DNA from: a virus
Lineage: Duplodnaviria > Caudoviricetes
Virus record (IMG/VR): IMGVR_UViG_3300032047_000058
Coordinates: 1-34,514 of that record
Reading direction: 5' to 3' (one strand)
Length of the DNA stretch: 34,514 nt
Positions within the stretch are counted from its first letter, which is position 1. Each line of letters begins with the position of its first letter. The position numbers were made by a program, and so were the translations under genes. The notes under the pieces are model-generated. The model saw only the letters and a program-made list of their open reading frames with translations. It searched no databases and had not been told where the DNA came from. This document shows, piece after piece, positions 1 through 8,927 of the stretch.

Positions 1-1
1 A

Positions 2-1183
2 ACTACTTTAGCGTTTTTTGGTAATACAGGTGGAAGTTCTTTTTCTCTTGACAATATATCTTTAGTAGAAGTACAAGGCGATAGACCAAGATTAAGTTAC
101 GATATAACAAATGGAGTAGTAGAAGATACACCACATTTAATTTTAGAAAATAGTTCTACGAATCTTGTTACCTTTAGTGAGGACTTGTCAGATTGGACTT
201 TAGTTAACGGAACTTTAACATCTAACGCAACTGTATCTCCTGATGGAACTCAAAACGCAGATAAGGTTGCATTCAGTAGTGTTGGTTTAGATTTAAAAAG
301 AACAGTTACAGTTGTTGCAGGTCAAACATATACAATAAGTTTTTATATTAAAGTAGAGGAGGGAACAGGTCTATTTAATGGTAGATTTTATGACAACAGC
401 AATACTACTAATATTGAATATTACGATTATGCAGACCAAATAATACCTAATCAATGGTCAAGAATAACAAGGTCTGTAACAGCTCCAAGTGGTTGTACAG
501 AGATGCAAATATGGTTACTTGCAGGGGCAAGCACTTTAATTACAGCTTCTTTTTGGGGTGCTCAATTTGAGCAGCAATCATACGCTACATCATACATACC
601 CACAGCAGGAACAACTATCACAAGAGCTGCTGAAACTTGTAACAATTCCAAACCAAGTGTAAATAGTACAGAGGGTGTTTTATACATAGAAACTTCTTAT
701 TTAACACAAACAAGTCCAACTATAAAAGAAATTTCTATAAATGATGGAACAACAGCTAACAGAGTTGCGTTAAGACTTAATACAACCACAAATCAAATCA
801 GAGCAATAGTTAGGGTTGGAGGCTTAAATCAATTTACAAAGCAAGAAACAATAAGTAATGTAACAAATTTTAATAAAATAGCTGTCAAGAATAAAGCTAA
901 CGATTTTGCTTTATGGGTTAATGGTGTAGAGTTAGCTACAGACACTTCAGGAAGTGTTCCATCAGGATTGAATCAAGTTGATTTTAGTGATGGAGATGGC
1001 ACATCGCCTTTTTACGGAAAAGTAAAAGGTTTAGCAGTATATAACGAAGCATTAAGCGAATCACAACTTATGCAACTAACAGGCGTAACAGCATCATCAA
1101 TATATAACAACTTTGTAACAAGAACAGCATCCTTTACAGTAGAAGCATTAAACGAAGTTAAAAAAGTAATAGATAATTTATAA
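2..1183 (+). CDS. 5'-truncated tail fibre / receptor-binding protein with carbohydrate-binding-like and C-terminal LamG/ConA-like domains
   Basis: The frame is open from base 2, so the track start at 185 is not the real start. Shares WGAQxEQxSYATSYIPT, TRAAETCN, EGVLY, NKIA and FYGK motifs with the next two ORFs. Confidence 0.75.
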   Translation, partial: TTLAFFGNTGGSSFSLDNISLVEVQGDRPRLSYDITNGVVEDTPHLILENSSTNLVTFSEDLSDWTLVNGTLTSNATVSPDGTQNADKVAFSSVGLDLKRTVTVVAGQTYTISFYIKVEEGTGLFNGRFYDNSNTTNIEYYDYADQIIPNQWSRITRSVTAPSGCTEMQIWLLAGASTLITASFWGAQFEQQSYATSYIPTAGTTITRAAETCNNSKPSVNSTEGVLYIETSYLTQTSPTIKEISINDGTTANRVALRLNTTTNQIRAIVRVGGLNQFTKQETISNVTNFNKIAVKNKANDFALWVNGVELATDTSGSVPSGLNQVDFSDGDGTSPFYGKVKGLAVYNEALSESQLMQLTGVTASSIYNNFVTRTASFTVEALNEVKKVIDNL

Positions 1184-1186
1184 GAT

Positions 1187-2794
1187 ATGGATATACCAAG
1201 TTTATTTATGATTCCCTCAGCAGTTAGTTCAGGCAAAGTACATTCTGTATTTCCTAACTCAACGGATTCTGACTTCCAATTTAATCGTGATTCAGATGCT
1301 ACTCGTGTGAATAGTGAGGGTTTAATAGAAAGAGTAGGTTATTATGGTAGTGAGTTGGTTACTAATGGTAGTTTTAATGCTGATACAAATTGGTCAAAAG
1401 ATGGTTGGAAAATAGAAAATGGTAAAGCTATAAATACTTTAGCAAGTTCAGGTCTTAATTTATATCAAGGTAGTGTAACATCAGTAGGAAACACATTCAA
1501 AGTTGTTTTAGATTCTGTAATTAGTGCAGGTGGTTTGAAAGTCTTGTTAGGTGGTGGCTCAGGTGGTTATAACGAAATAGGACAAGCATCTTCTACAGGA
1601 ACACATACTTTTACAGGTGTGTCAAATGGTACAGATAATAGAATATTAATACAAACATTATCAGGTAGCACAATAGGTAGTGTTATAGTTGACAATGTAA
1701 GTGTAAAACAAATTAATGGCGACAGAGCAAGATTAAATTATGAAATAGAGGGAGGTTTAGTAAACACAAAATGTTCACTTTTATTAGAGCCACAAAGCAC
1801 AAACCTTATAACATATAGCGAGGACTTTAATCAGAGTGTGTGGAATAATTTTGCATCAATAACACCAATAGCAAATAGCATAATAAGTCCTGAGGGATTA
1901 AAAAACGCATCTACTTTAGCTTGTAGTGGTAACAATGTTTTTAGATATGCCTTTACCGCAAGTTCATCAACTAACTATGTAGGCTCAGTATTCGTAAAAG
2001 CAAAAGAAACTACAAATGATTTTGGTATTCAAACGCTTGAAAGTGGTACGGCTTATAAAAGTGTATTTAATATTGAAAGTGGCGTTGTAGTTACACAAGC
2101 ATCAAATCACACAGCAAGTATTGAAGATTTTGGAAATGGTTGGTTTAGGTGTATTGTAAAATTTAATAGTGGAAGTAGCACATCAAATATCTTTGATTTT
2201 ACAGGCTCACAGACAATAGATATAAAAGAATTTTATGCTTGGGGTGCTATGTTAGAACAGCAAACATACGCAACAAGCTACATACCAACAAACGGAAGCA
2301 CACAAACAAGAGCAGCAGAAACCTGTAATGGTGCAGGTACATCTTCTATCTTTGAAAGTTCAGAGGGAATATTATATGCAGAGATTAGTGCTTTGGCTGA
2401 TGATTTTGCAACTTATAGATTTATAAGTCTTTATGATGGAACGTATGATAATATTTGTGATATATATTATGGTGATGCAAGTAACAGAATTTCTGTTCGG
2501 TTTAGAGGTGGTGGTGGAACTGTTATCAATATGTTTTTTGCAATTTCTGATATTATGTTATTTAATAAAGTCGCTATATCTTGGAAATTAAATAAGTTTA
2601 AGTTTTTTATTAATGGTGTTAGTAGAGGATTAAATACAAGTGGTGCAGCACCTGTCGGTTTGGATAGGTTAGATTTTAATCAAACGAGTGGTAGCAATCC
2701 ATTCTATGGCAAGATACGAGATATAAGAGTATATAACACTAAAGAGATGACAGATTCAGAAGTAGATATATTATTAACTAAAATAACAAGTTAA
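1187..2794 (+). CDS. Tail fibre / receptor-binding protein paralogue (LamG/ConA-like C-terminus)
   Basis: 535 aa, S/T/G/N-rich. Same motifs as neighbours: DFxFxRxS, LLLEPxSTN, YSEDF, NGWFRC, ATSYIPT, FYGK. Confidence 0.75.
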   Translation: MDIPSLFMIPSAVSSGKVHSVFPNSTDSDFQFNRDSDATRVNSEGLIERVGYYGSELVTNGSFNADTNWSKDGWKIENGKAINTLASSGLNLYQGSVTSVGNTFKVVLDSVISAGGLKVLLGGGSGGYNEIGQASSTGTHTFTGVSNGTDNRILIQTLSGSTIGSVIVDNVSVKQINGDRARLNYEIEGGLVNTKCSLLLEPQSTNLITYSEDFNQSVWNNFASITPIANSIISPEGLKNASTLACSGNNVFRYAFTASSSTNYVGSVFVKAKETTNDFGIQTLESGTAYKSVFNIESGVVVTQASNHTASIEDFGNGWFRCIVKFNSGSSTSNIFDFTGSQTIDIKEFYAWGAMLEQQTYATSYIPTNGSTQTRAAETCNGAGTSSIFESSEGILYAEISALADDFATYRFISLYDGTYDNICDIYYGDASNRISVRFRGGGGTVINMFFAISDIMLFNKVAISWKLNKFKFFINGVSRGLNTSGAAPVGLDRLDFNQTSGSNPFYGKIRDIRVYNTKEMTDSEVDILLTKITS

Positions 2795-4065
2795 TGGAGC
2801 AACCTAATTTAGCAATGATACCTTCTGGTGTAAAAGCCACAAAAGTTTACTCCATTATGCCTGAATCAGGTGTTGGAGATTTTACTTTTGCAAGAAGCTC
2901 TACTGCTTATAGATTAAACAAAGACGGTTTATGGGAAACATCTGCTAGTAATTTACCTAGATTACATTATGATTTATCTAATGGAAATCCTGATAGTTGC
3001 CCTTGTTTATTATTAGAACCAGCATCTACGAATGCTTTAGGTTATAGCGAATTATTTTCTAGTTGGGGTACTACAAGAAGTGCTATTGTAGCAGATTCTA
3101 TCATGAGTCCAGATGGTACTGTTAATGCTTCTAAAATGAAAGATGATGGAAGTACAGGGACAGACACATCTCAAAGGTTTTTATCTGTTATAGTTGCTAA
3201 TGGTTCAGATTACACATTTAGTGTATTTGCTAAAAAAGGAAGTATGGACTTTGTAGCTTTAAGAACAGGGAACTTTTCAAATGGAGGAGGTACTGGAGAA
3301 ACATTCTTTAATTTAGCTACAGGTGCAGTAGGAACTACTTATGCTAGTCATAGACCAAATATAGAAAAATACCCTAATGGATGGTATAGATGTAGTATTG
3401 GATTTACAGCAGGTACAGATTTATCAGGAACAGTTTTAATTAGACAAGCATCAGCAAATGGAACAAGTACAGTTCCTTTAGATGGTAATTCATTTATCTA
3501 TTTATGGGGAGCGCAGTTTGAACAAAATTCTTTTGCTACAAGCTATATAAAAACTACATCTAACATTAGTTCTACTAGAAGCGCAGAGACTTGTAATAGT
3601 GCAGGAGATGCTAGTACATTTAACTCAGAAGAAGGTATTTTATATGCTGAAATAGCAGCCTTAGCAGATGACGGAACAAGTAGAATTATATCTTTATCAG
3701 ATAGTTCAGACACAAACAGAGTTCATCTGTTTTATAATGTCTCTTCCAATACAGTTAATGTAAATTACAGAGTTGCAGGGAGTTCTAAGGCTATAATGTC
3801 TTTTGCTGTATCAGACGCTACTATAATGCAAAAAATTGCTTATAAATGGAAGTCAGGGAATTTTGAATTATTTGTTAATGGAGTTAACAGAGGAACAAGT
3901 TCAAATACAACTATGATGCCTGCAAATACTATGAATCAATTAGCTTTTAATGTTGGAGGTAGTGGCTTAAATTTCTATGGAAAATGCAAAGATATAAGAG
4001 TTTACGATACAGAAGGTATGACAGATACCGAAATAACAAATTTATTAACACAATTAACACAATAG
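2794..4065 (+). CDS. Tail fibre / receptor-binding protein paralogue (LamG/ConA-like C-terminus)
   Basis: 423 aa, colinear with 1187..2794 but lacking its insert near the N-terminus. TAATG stop/start coupling. Confidence 0.75.
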   Translation: MEQPNLAMIPSGVKATKVYSIMPESGVGDFTFARSSTAYRLNKDGLWETSASNLPRLHYDLSNGNPDSCPCLLLEPASTNALGYSELFSSWGTTRSAIVADSIMSPDGTVNASKMKDDGSTGTDTSQRFLSVIVANGSDYTFSVFAKKGSMDFVALRTGNFSNGGGTGETFFNLATGAVGTTYASHRPNIEKYPNGWYRCSIGFTAGTDLSGTVLIRQASANGTSTVPLDGNSFIYLWGAQFEQNSFATSYIKTTSNISSTRSAETCNSAGDASTFNSEEGILYAEIAALADDGTSRIISLSDSSDTNRVHLFYNVSSNTVNVNYRVAGSSKAIMSFAVSDATIMQKIAYKWKSGNFELFVNGVNRGTSSNTTMMPANTMNQLAFNVGGSGLNFYGKCKDIRVYDTEGMTDTEITNLLTQLTQ

Positions 4066-4068
4066 AAA

Positions 4069-4434
4069 ATGGGAATTAAAATTAGCAAATATGAGTTCGC
4101 AGATGAAGCAAGTGCATTAGCTAAAATCAATGCTTTACCAAGTGTAAAGGATGAAGATGGCAATGATGTTCCTTCACATAAGCATACTATTGTTAAGCTT
4201 GGAAACATAGTTTTAGAGCAAGGCGAGTATGATGAAGAAGGTGAAGAAACTAAAGCACCTGTACTATCAGAAAAATATCATGTAGATGTACTTTGGAAAG
4301 ACTTAGAAGAGACTGACGAAGACGGAAACGTAACTGTAGACCACCCTTATGGATGGAAGAGTTATGCACTTGATTTAGATAGTGAAGGTATGCATGGTTT
4401 TATGGGAGTTTCATATCAGGAAAACAAGATGTAA
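4069..4434 (+). CDS. Acidic hypothetical protein, possibly tail-fibre associated
   Basis: 121 aa ORF tightly packed after the fibre genes. Function inferred from position only. Confidence 0.6.
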   Translation: MGIKISKYEFADEASALAKINALPSVKDEDGNDVPSHKHTIVKLGNIVLEQGEYDEEGEETKAPVLSEKYHVDVLWKDLEETDEDGNVTVDHPYGWKSYALDLDSEGMHGFMGVSYQENKM

Positions 4435-4733
4435 TGAAGATAAGCGAGGAAACTAACGTAACATTAGACCTTAAGACTATCGGTATGATAGTTGGTTTTG
4501 CTGTCTCTTTAGCAAGTATGTATTTTGCTCTGAAGGCAGACATTGCAGAGGCTAAGGAACTACCTGAACCAGAAATACAGAAGATAGAGTTTGACTATAA
4601 AGATAAATTAGTTAGAAGTACTATCGAAAAAATAGACTCTGATGTGTCTACAGTTAAAGAAGATGTCAATGAGATAAAAGAATCTTTAGCTAAGATGGAT
4701 GAGAGATTGTATCAAATTAGTAAACAAAGATGA
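4434..4733 (+). CDS. Membrane-anchored coiled-coil protein
   Basis: Hydrophobic segment TIGMIVGFAVSLASMYFAL followed by a heptad-like C-terminus. Confidence 0.65.
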   Translation: MKISEETNVTLDLKTIGMIVGFAVSLASMYFALKADIAEAKELPEPEIQKIEFDYKDKLVRSTIEKIDSDVSTVKEDVNEIKESLAKMDERLYQISKQR

Positions 4734-5059
4734 AATGGATTGTAACGGTAATTGCCCTTTTTGTATCGGCTGTTAATTTTGCACAAACTGAATCTATATC
4801 TATAGTTCAGTATACAGCAGGATTTGCAGAAGAAGTATCATTAAAAGATTTTAGAGACTACAATGTAGAGACATTGTTTATGTCTAAATCTGAAGATGCG
4901 TTTAACAAGAATAAGATAAAGTACTTACCTACTATTATTTTATATAATGATGGTGAGGAAGAAATAAGAATAGAGAGTGGAATAACCCTAAAACTACCTG
5001 AAGATTGGAAAGACACCTTAATAGAACATATAGACTCTTTGTTGGAGCAACGCTTCTAA
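4730..5059 (+). CDS. Secreted thioredoxin-fold-like protein lacking CxxC
   Basis: Signal peptide MKWIVTVIALFVSAVNFA-Q. IKYLPTIILYNDGEE resembles the thioredoxin cis-Pro strand motif. No cysteines. Confidence 0.55.
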   Translation: MKWIVTVIALFVSAVNFAQTESISIVQYTAGFAEEVSLKDFRDYNVETLFMSKSEDAFNKNKIKYLPTIILYNDGEEEIRIESGITLKLPEDWKDTLIEHIDSLLEQRF

Positions 5060-5406
5060 CAAGTCTATGTTTTGCTCAAATACCAGAAGATAAGATTCTA
5101 CATTTTGCAGCAGGTACTATTTCAGGTTATACAGGTTACAACACTTTTGATAATATAGGAGGAGCAGTAGCTACCTCTTTTATTGTGGGTTTAGGTAAAG
5201 AAACTTATGATGAAATGAGGTATGGAGGGTTTGATAGCAAGGATTTATTAGCAACAACTTTAGGAGGAGTTGCTATATCAGTAACAATTAAATTATTAAA
5301 TAAACCAAAAGATGAAAAAATTAATAGCAGTATTATTCGCTCTTATCGTAAGCATAAGCGCAAACAGTCAAGAAAAAAAAGAAGGCTTCTTAAAAAAGGC
5401 ATTTAA
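5005..5406 (+). CDS. YfiM/VanZ-like small membrane protein
   Basis: DKILHF...GLGKETYD...FDSKDLLATTLGG pattern with hydrophobic helices. Overlaps both neighbours, and the start is uncertain. Confidence 0.55.
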   Translation: MERHLNRTYRLFVGATLLTSLCFAQIPEDKILHFAAGTISGYTGYNTFDNIGGAVATSFIVGLGKETYDEMRYGGFDSKDLLATTLGGVAISVTIKLLNKPKDEKINSSIIRSYRKHKRKQSRKKRRLLKKGI

Positions 5407-6400
5407 GTATTCTACTATTTACGGAGCTTACTCACAAACAAATTCAATACAAGCACCACAAACATTTATTGTAACACAAGGCAACGAGTTGATAGAAACA
5501 ACTCAAAGGCATCCGTCTGACATGATGGTTACTTATGGCTGGAGAAAGTTAGCTTTCTTTCAGTATGAGGATAGAAATAAGTTTTATGATGGTAGTGAAA
5601 AGAATCAATCTGTAAAGTCAAACATAGGTGCTTATAAAGGTTTAGAGTACTTAGTAGAATATTCAAGAGGTAGACAACAAGGAAGAGAGTTTGATAATCA
5701 AGAAGTATTTGTAAGATATTTAGCTAAGTATTGGTTAGTAAAAGGAGAGTATCAAAAGAATGAGTTAATTGATATAGATTATAAAAGTGCAGAGGTTAGA
5801 TTTAGACTACCTATAGGAAAGAAACTAAGTATAAGTATCGGCTCAATCTATAGAACTTATGAAAAAGCTTATGGGCATAACCCAATACAAAAGTATTTAG
5901 AAGACAATGCTTGGTGGGAGTTAGCTTATCAATACCATACAGACCAGTTATATGAGATGATAGACCCTTTTACAGAAGAGAGTTTAGGTTATGATTATCT
6001 ATGGTATAATCAAGAAGGTCAAATCATTGCAGCAAGTGATGCTGATTATAGAAACGGTATATTCCAGAATGTAGTTAATAGGTATAATAGAGAGGAACTT
6101 GCTAAGATAGGTAGCTTTGCAGATTTATCTGCAGTATTTGGTTTAGACTTCTATCACTACAAGAAGAACTTTTGGTTACACTTATATGGCAATCTACTAA
6201 CTAAACATCAACTTATTCAGGGTGATGAGAGATATAGCTACAATAACTTTGTAGAAGGAGACTGGATAGATTATTCTGCAGGTGGTGTATTTGGTTTTAG
6301 AGTAGGCAAAAATCTAGGTGTGTTTAGTGAGATTACTTTACAGAGATACTGGGATAGAAACCTAAAAGAAATAAAAGTAGGATTAAATTATAAATTATAA
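5312..6400 (+). CDS. Putative outer-membrane beta-barrel protein
   Basis: Signal peptide MKKLIAVLFALIVSISANS-Q, aromatic-rich alternating strands, and a beta-signal-like C-terminus IKVGLNYKL. Confidence 0.55.
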   Translation: MKKLIAVLFALIVSISANSQEKKEGFLKKAFKYSTIYGAYSQTNSIQAPQTFIVTQGNELIETTQRHPSDMMVTYGWRKLAFFQYEDRNKFYDGSEKNQSVKSNIGAYKGLEYLVEYSRGRQQGREFDNQEVFVRYLAKYWLVKGEYQKNELIDIDYKSAEVRFRLPIGKKLSISIGSIYRTYEKAYGHNPIQKYLEDNAWWELAYQYHTDQLYEMIDPFTEESLGYDYLWYNQEGQIIAASDADYRNGIFQNVVNRYNREELAKIGSFADLSAVFGLDFYHYKKNFWLHLYGNLLTKHQLIQGDERYSYNNFVEGDWIDYSAGGVFGFRVGKNLGVFSEITLQRYWDRNLKEIKVGLNYKL

Positions 6401-6403
6401 TAG

Positions 6404-6784
6404 ATGACAAAGAATTTTAGTAAATCAGAGTTTATGTCTAAATGTGGTGCAGATATGCCTGAAGAGGTATATCACAATGTAGTTAAGGTTGCTAACCAAT
6501 TACAGTACCTAAGAGATTATTTAAACAAACCAATCAAAGTGAATAGTGCTTATAGGAGTCCAGAGCATAATGCTAAAGTAGGAGGAGTTCCTAAGTCTCA
6601 GCATTTACTAGGTAAAGCTGCAGATATAGTTGTTAAGGATATGCCAACAGATATTTTATATCAATATATAGAGGATGCTATTAGCAACGGAGAGATGTTA
6701 CAAGGTGGTTTAGGTTTGTATGATACTTTTGTTCATTATGATATAAGAGGTACTAAAGCTAGATGGGATTATAGAAAAAAATAA
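6404..6784 (+). CDS. Endolysin, peptidase M15 family (Zn peptidase)
   Basis: SAYRSPEHNAKVGG, SQHLLGKAAD and FVHYDIRG: all three Zn ligands (H, D, H) present. Confidence 0.9.
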   Translation: MTKNFSKSEFMSKCGADMPEEVYHNVVKVANQLQYLRDYLNKPIKVNSAYRSPEHNAKVGGVPKSQHLLGKAADIVVKDMPTDILYQYIEDAISNGEMLQGGLGLYDTFVHYDIRGTKARWDYRKK

Positions 6785-6786
6785 CT

Positions 6787-6927
6787 ATGGATTTTAGAAT
6801 TATATTATTATTACCAAACGGTTTGAATGTAGGGTTTAATTACTTTCCTGCTGATGACGAGCATAACTATGAGGAGGTAAACCTTTATTTATTAGTTGTA
6901 CAACTTAAATGGAGACTATACTTATGA
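6787..6927 (+). CDS. 46 aa hypothetical protein (not in ORF track)
   Basis: MDFRIILLLPNG...QLKWRLYL fills the gap exactly, with an ATGA overlap into the holin. Confidence 0.6.
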   Translation: MDFRIILLLPNGLNVGFNYFPADDEHNYEEVNLYLLVVQLKWRLYL

Positions 6928-7370
6928 GTAAAAAGAAGTTTAAAGATACGAAGCTAGGACAGTTCTTAGCTAGTAAAGGTTCAGATATTGTAGGGTTAGT
7001 AGGCGATACATTGCCGAATCAAGGCTTATTAGGCGTTTTAAAGAACGTTATAGACAAAGATGATGCCCTACCTGCAGAAGACAAAGAAAAGGCGTTAAAA
7101 CTGCTTGAAATGGATTCTATTGAGATGCAAGAGGTGTCTAAGAGATGGTCTAGTGATATGGCTAGTGATAGTTGGTTAAGTAAGAATACCAGACCTATGA
7201 CACTTATCTTTCTAACTATATCTATGGTGTGTTTAATATTATTAGACAGCTTTAATATAGACTTTAGCATCGACGGCTCATGGGTAGATTTGTTAAAATC
7301 TCTTCTTGTTACAGTCTATGTTGCTTATTATGGAAGTAGAGGAGCAGAGAAATTTAAGTCGATTAAATAA
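6924..7370 (+). CDS. Putative holin (3TM/GTA-holin-like)
   Basis: RWSSDMASDSWLSKNTRP followed by two hydrophobic helices and YYGSRGAEK. Adjacent to the endolysin. Start moved to ATG 6924 on the basis of ATGA coupling. Confidence 0.7.
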   Translation: MSKKKFKDTKLGQFLASKGSDIVGLVGDTLPNQGLLGVLKNVIDKDDALPAEDKEKALKLLEMDSIEMQEVSKRWSSDMASDSWLSKNTRPMTLIFLTISMVCLILLDSFNIDFSIDGSWVDLLKSLLVTVYVAYYGSRGAEKFKSIK

Positions 7371-7549
7371 GTAGCTCAGAATAAAGAACATAATTATAGC
7401 GTATTGAATACTTATAACGCTATGTGTTTTGTGGTTTCGCTGTGTGGCTACACCACAAACTATTAAGAAAACTTATCTTGTTTTTAATAAGTCGTAAAGT
7501 TATAAAAAATATTTCTCACTAAACAACTATTTATTTAATTATTTTTTTG

Positions 7550-7557
7550 TATATTTG
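7550..7557 (+). promoter_or_regulatory. Bacteroidota-type -7 element TATATTTG
   Basis: Matches TAnnTTTG and lies 3 nt before ATG 7561. No clear -33 TTTG. Confidence 0.5.
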
Positions 7558-7560
7558 TAT

Positions 7561-7941
7561 ATGCAAGATGATTTAGACATAGAAGGTTTAGATTATTTAC
7601 AATGGAGTTTATTTGATTCTCCAGATGAAAAAGGTAGTGGCTACAAGTTTATGGAAAGACAGCCAGTATACATTTTAGACAGAATAGTTAAACGAACTAG
7701 AAGAAACTTTAATATAATACTTGGCTACACAACTCCTTCTTATGCTACTAAATATGGCTTATCTAGTAAAGACTCACATAGAGTTGGTAGAGCTGTAAGA
7801 ATAAAAATATTGAATCCACAGAAACGCATGGATTTAGTCCGATTGTTAATACTTGAAGGCGTTACGAGAATAGCAGTTGCCAGAGATATAGTTTATTATG
7901 ATACTGATGACTTGAAAGAAAGAGGATTATATATCTGGTAG
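7561..7941 (+). CDS. Degenerate peptidase M15-like protein, predicted inactive
   Basis: FDSPD..GSG, LGYT, SHRVGRAVR and IVYYD align with the M15 motifs SGYR, SHxxGxAxD and FxHxD, but the D and second H ligands are replaced. Confidence 0.65.
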   Translation: MQDDLDIEGLDYLQWSLFDSPDEKGSGYKFMERQPVYILDRIVKRTRRNFNIILGYTTPSYATKYGLSSKDSHRVGRAVRIKILNPQKRMDLVRLLILEGVTRIAVARDIVYYDTDDLKERGLYIW

Positions 7942-7969
7942 AATTGTTTATTATTGTTTTTTGTTTTAG

Positions 7970-7999
7970 GAGGGTGGATTTATTTCTGCCCTCTTTTTT
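7970..7999 (+). terminator. Rho-independent terminator
   Basis: GAGGGTGGA / TCTGCCCTC stem (two G-U pairs) followed by T6. Confidence 0.8.
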
Positions 8000-8027
8000 G
8001 TTTTATTAATATTTTTGTGTATATTGC
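7997..8027 (+). promoter_or_regulatory. Host-RNAP (Bacteroidota sigma-A type) promoter
   Basis: TTTG (7997-8000), 19 nt spacer, TATATTGC (8020-8027). Same geometry as the sites at 13134, 17126 and 18298. Confidence 0.65.
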
Positions 8028-8052
8028 ATACTGTAACAATAAAACAATAATA

Positions 8053-8238
8053 ATGGAAGATTTAATAACCTACAAAAATCTAAGGATTAAAACACTACAA
8101 AATAGAGTGCATAACTTAGAGCAAGAGAACTTGCAATTAGAATCTTACATCTTTGAATTACTTACTGGAGAATGTACTGAGGAATATAGAAACGAGATAA
8201 GAACAAAACTATTCCAAAGAGACACAAGAGAATCTTAA
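8053..8238 (+). CDS. Small coiled-coil hypothetical protein
   Basis: Start reassigned to ATG 8053 after an A-rich leader. The track extension runs through a terminator and a promoter. Confidence 0.7.
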   Translation: MEDLITYKNLRIKTLQNRVHNLEQENLQLESYIFELLTGECTEEYRNEIRTKLFQRDTRES

Positions 8239-8257
8239 ACAACTAAAAAGTAATTAT

Positions 8258-8485
8258 ATGAGAATGCAAGAAATTAACTTTCACAAGAACTTTCAAACAC
8301 TTAGTGAATACTTTCTAAAGAGCAACGGTAATAAGAAAAAATGCAAAACAGCATTAACAGAAATCTATTTTCATGTCAATACATTAAGACTAGAAAACAG
8401 AGAGTTAGAAGAAAACTTGTCAAAGTGGCAAGATAAATTTAATAAACAAATAAATAATAATGAAAACAGAGTACACATTTCATGA
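8258..8485 (+). CDS. Hypothetical protein
   Basis: 75 aa ORF in the operon, with a coiled-coil-like C-terminus. Confidence 0.65.
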   Translation: MRMQEINFHKNFQTLSEYFLKSNGNKKKCKTALTEIYFHVNTLRLENRELEENLSKWQDKFNKQINNNENRVHIS

Positions 8486-8909
8486 GAGAGTAGTTCTCTT
8501 ACAAACGGAGCTTAAAGCTCCTAAGAACCAAAGAAACAACTTTGGTAAGTACAACTATAGAAGTTGTGAAGACATACTAGAGTCAGTAAAACCTTTGCTT
8601 GCAAAGTATGGTTTGTCTTTAATGATTACTGACGAAGTAAAAGAAGTATGTGGTATTCCTTATGTACAAGCTAGAGCAGTATTACATTGCCCTGACGGTA
8701 AAATGGAATCAACAGCACAAGCTGGTATTGACCCTAATAGAAAGGGTATGGACATATCACAGTCATTTGGTTCATCTAGTTCCTATGCAAGGAAGTATGC
8801 TTTAAATGGTTTATTATTAATAGACGATACAAAGGATGCAGATGTAACCAATACACACGGAAAAGAGAAAAGCTTTAGTACAAAGACTAAAGACTTTAAT
8901 TTATTATAA
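8460..8909 (+). CDS. erf: ERF-family single-strand annealing protein
   Basis: LKAPKNQRNNFGKYNYRSCEDIL and GSSSSYARKYALNGLLLIDDTKDAD are ERF hallmarks. Confidence 0.9.
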   Translation: MKTEYTFHERVVLLQTELKAPKNQRNNFGKYNYRSCEDILESVKPLLAKYGLSLMITDEVKEVCGIPYVQARAVLHCPDGKMESTAQAGIDPNRKGMDISQSFGSSSSYARKYALNGLLLIDDTKDADVTNTHGKEKSFSTKTKDFNLL

Positions 8910-8927
8910 CCATTAAATTTAATATAT

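Noticed and set aside
2-4065. Diversity-generating retroelement acting on tail fibres
   Set aside because: No reverse transcriptase, and no near-identical repeat pair differing only at adenines was seen.
6851-6885. Second hammerhead at CTGATGA 6851
   Set aside because: No stem II followed by GAAA, and it lies inside a small ORF.
7904-7940. Hammerhead-like CTGATGA..GAAA at 7904
   Set aside because: No room for stem II, no stem III, and it is coding sequence.
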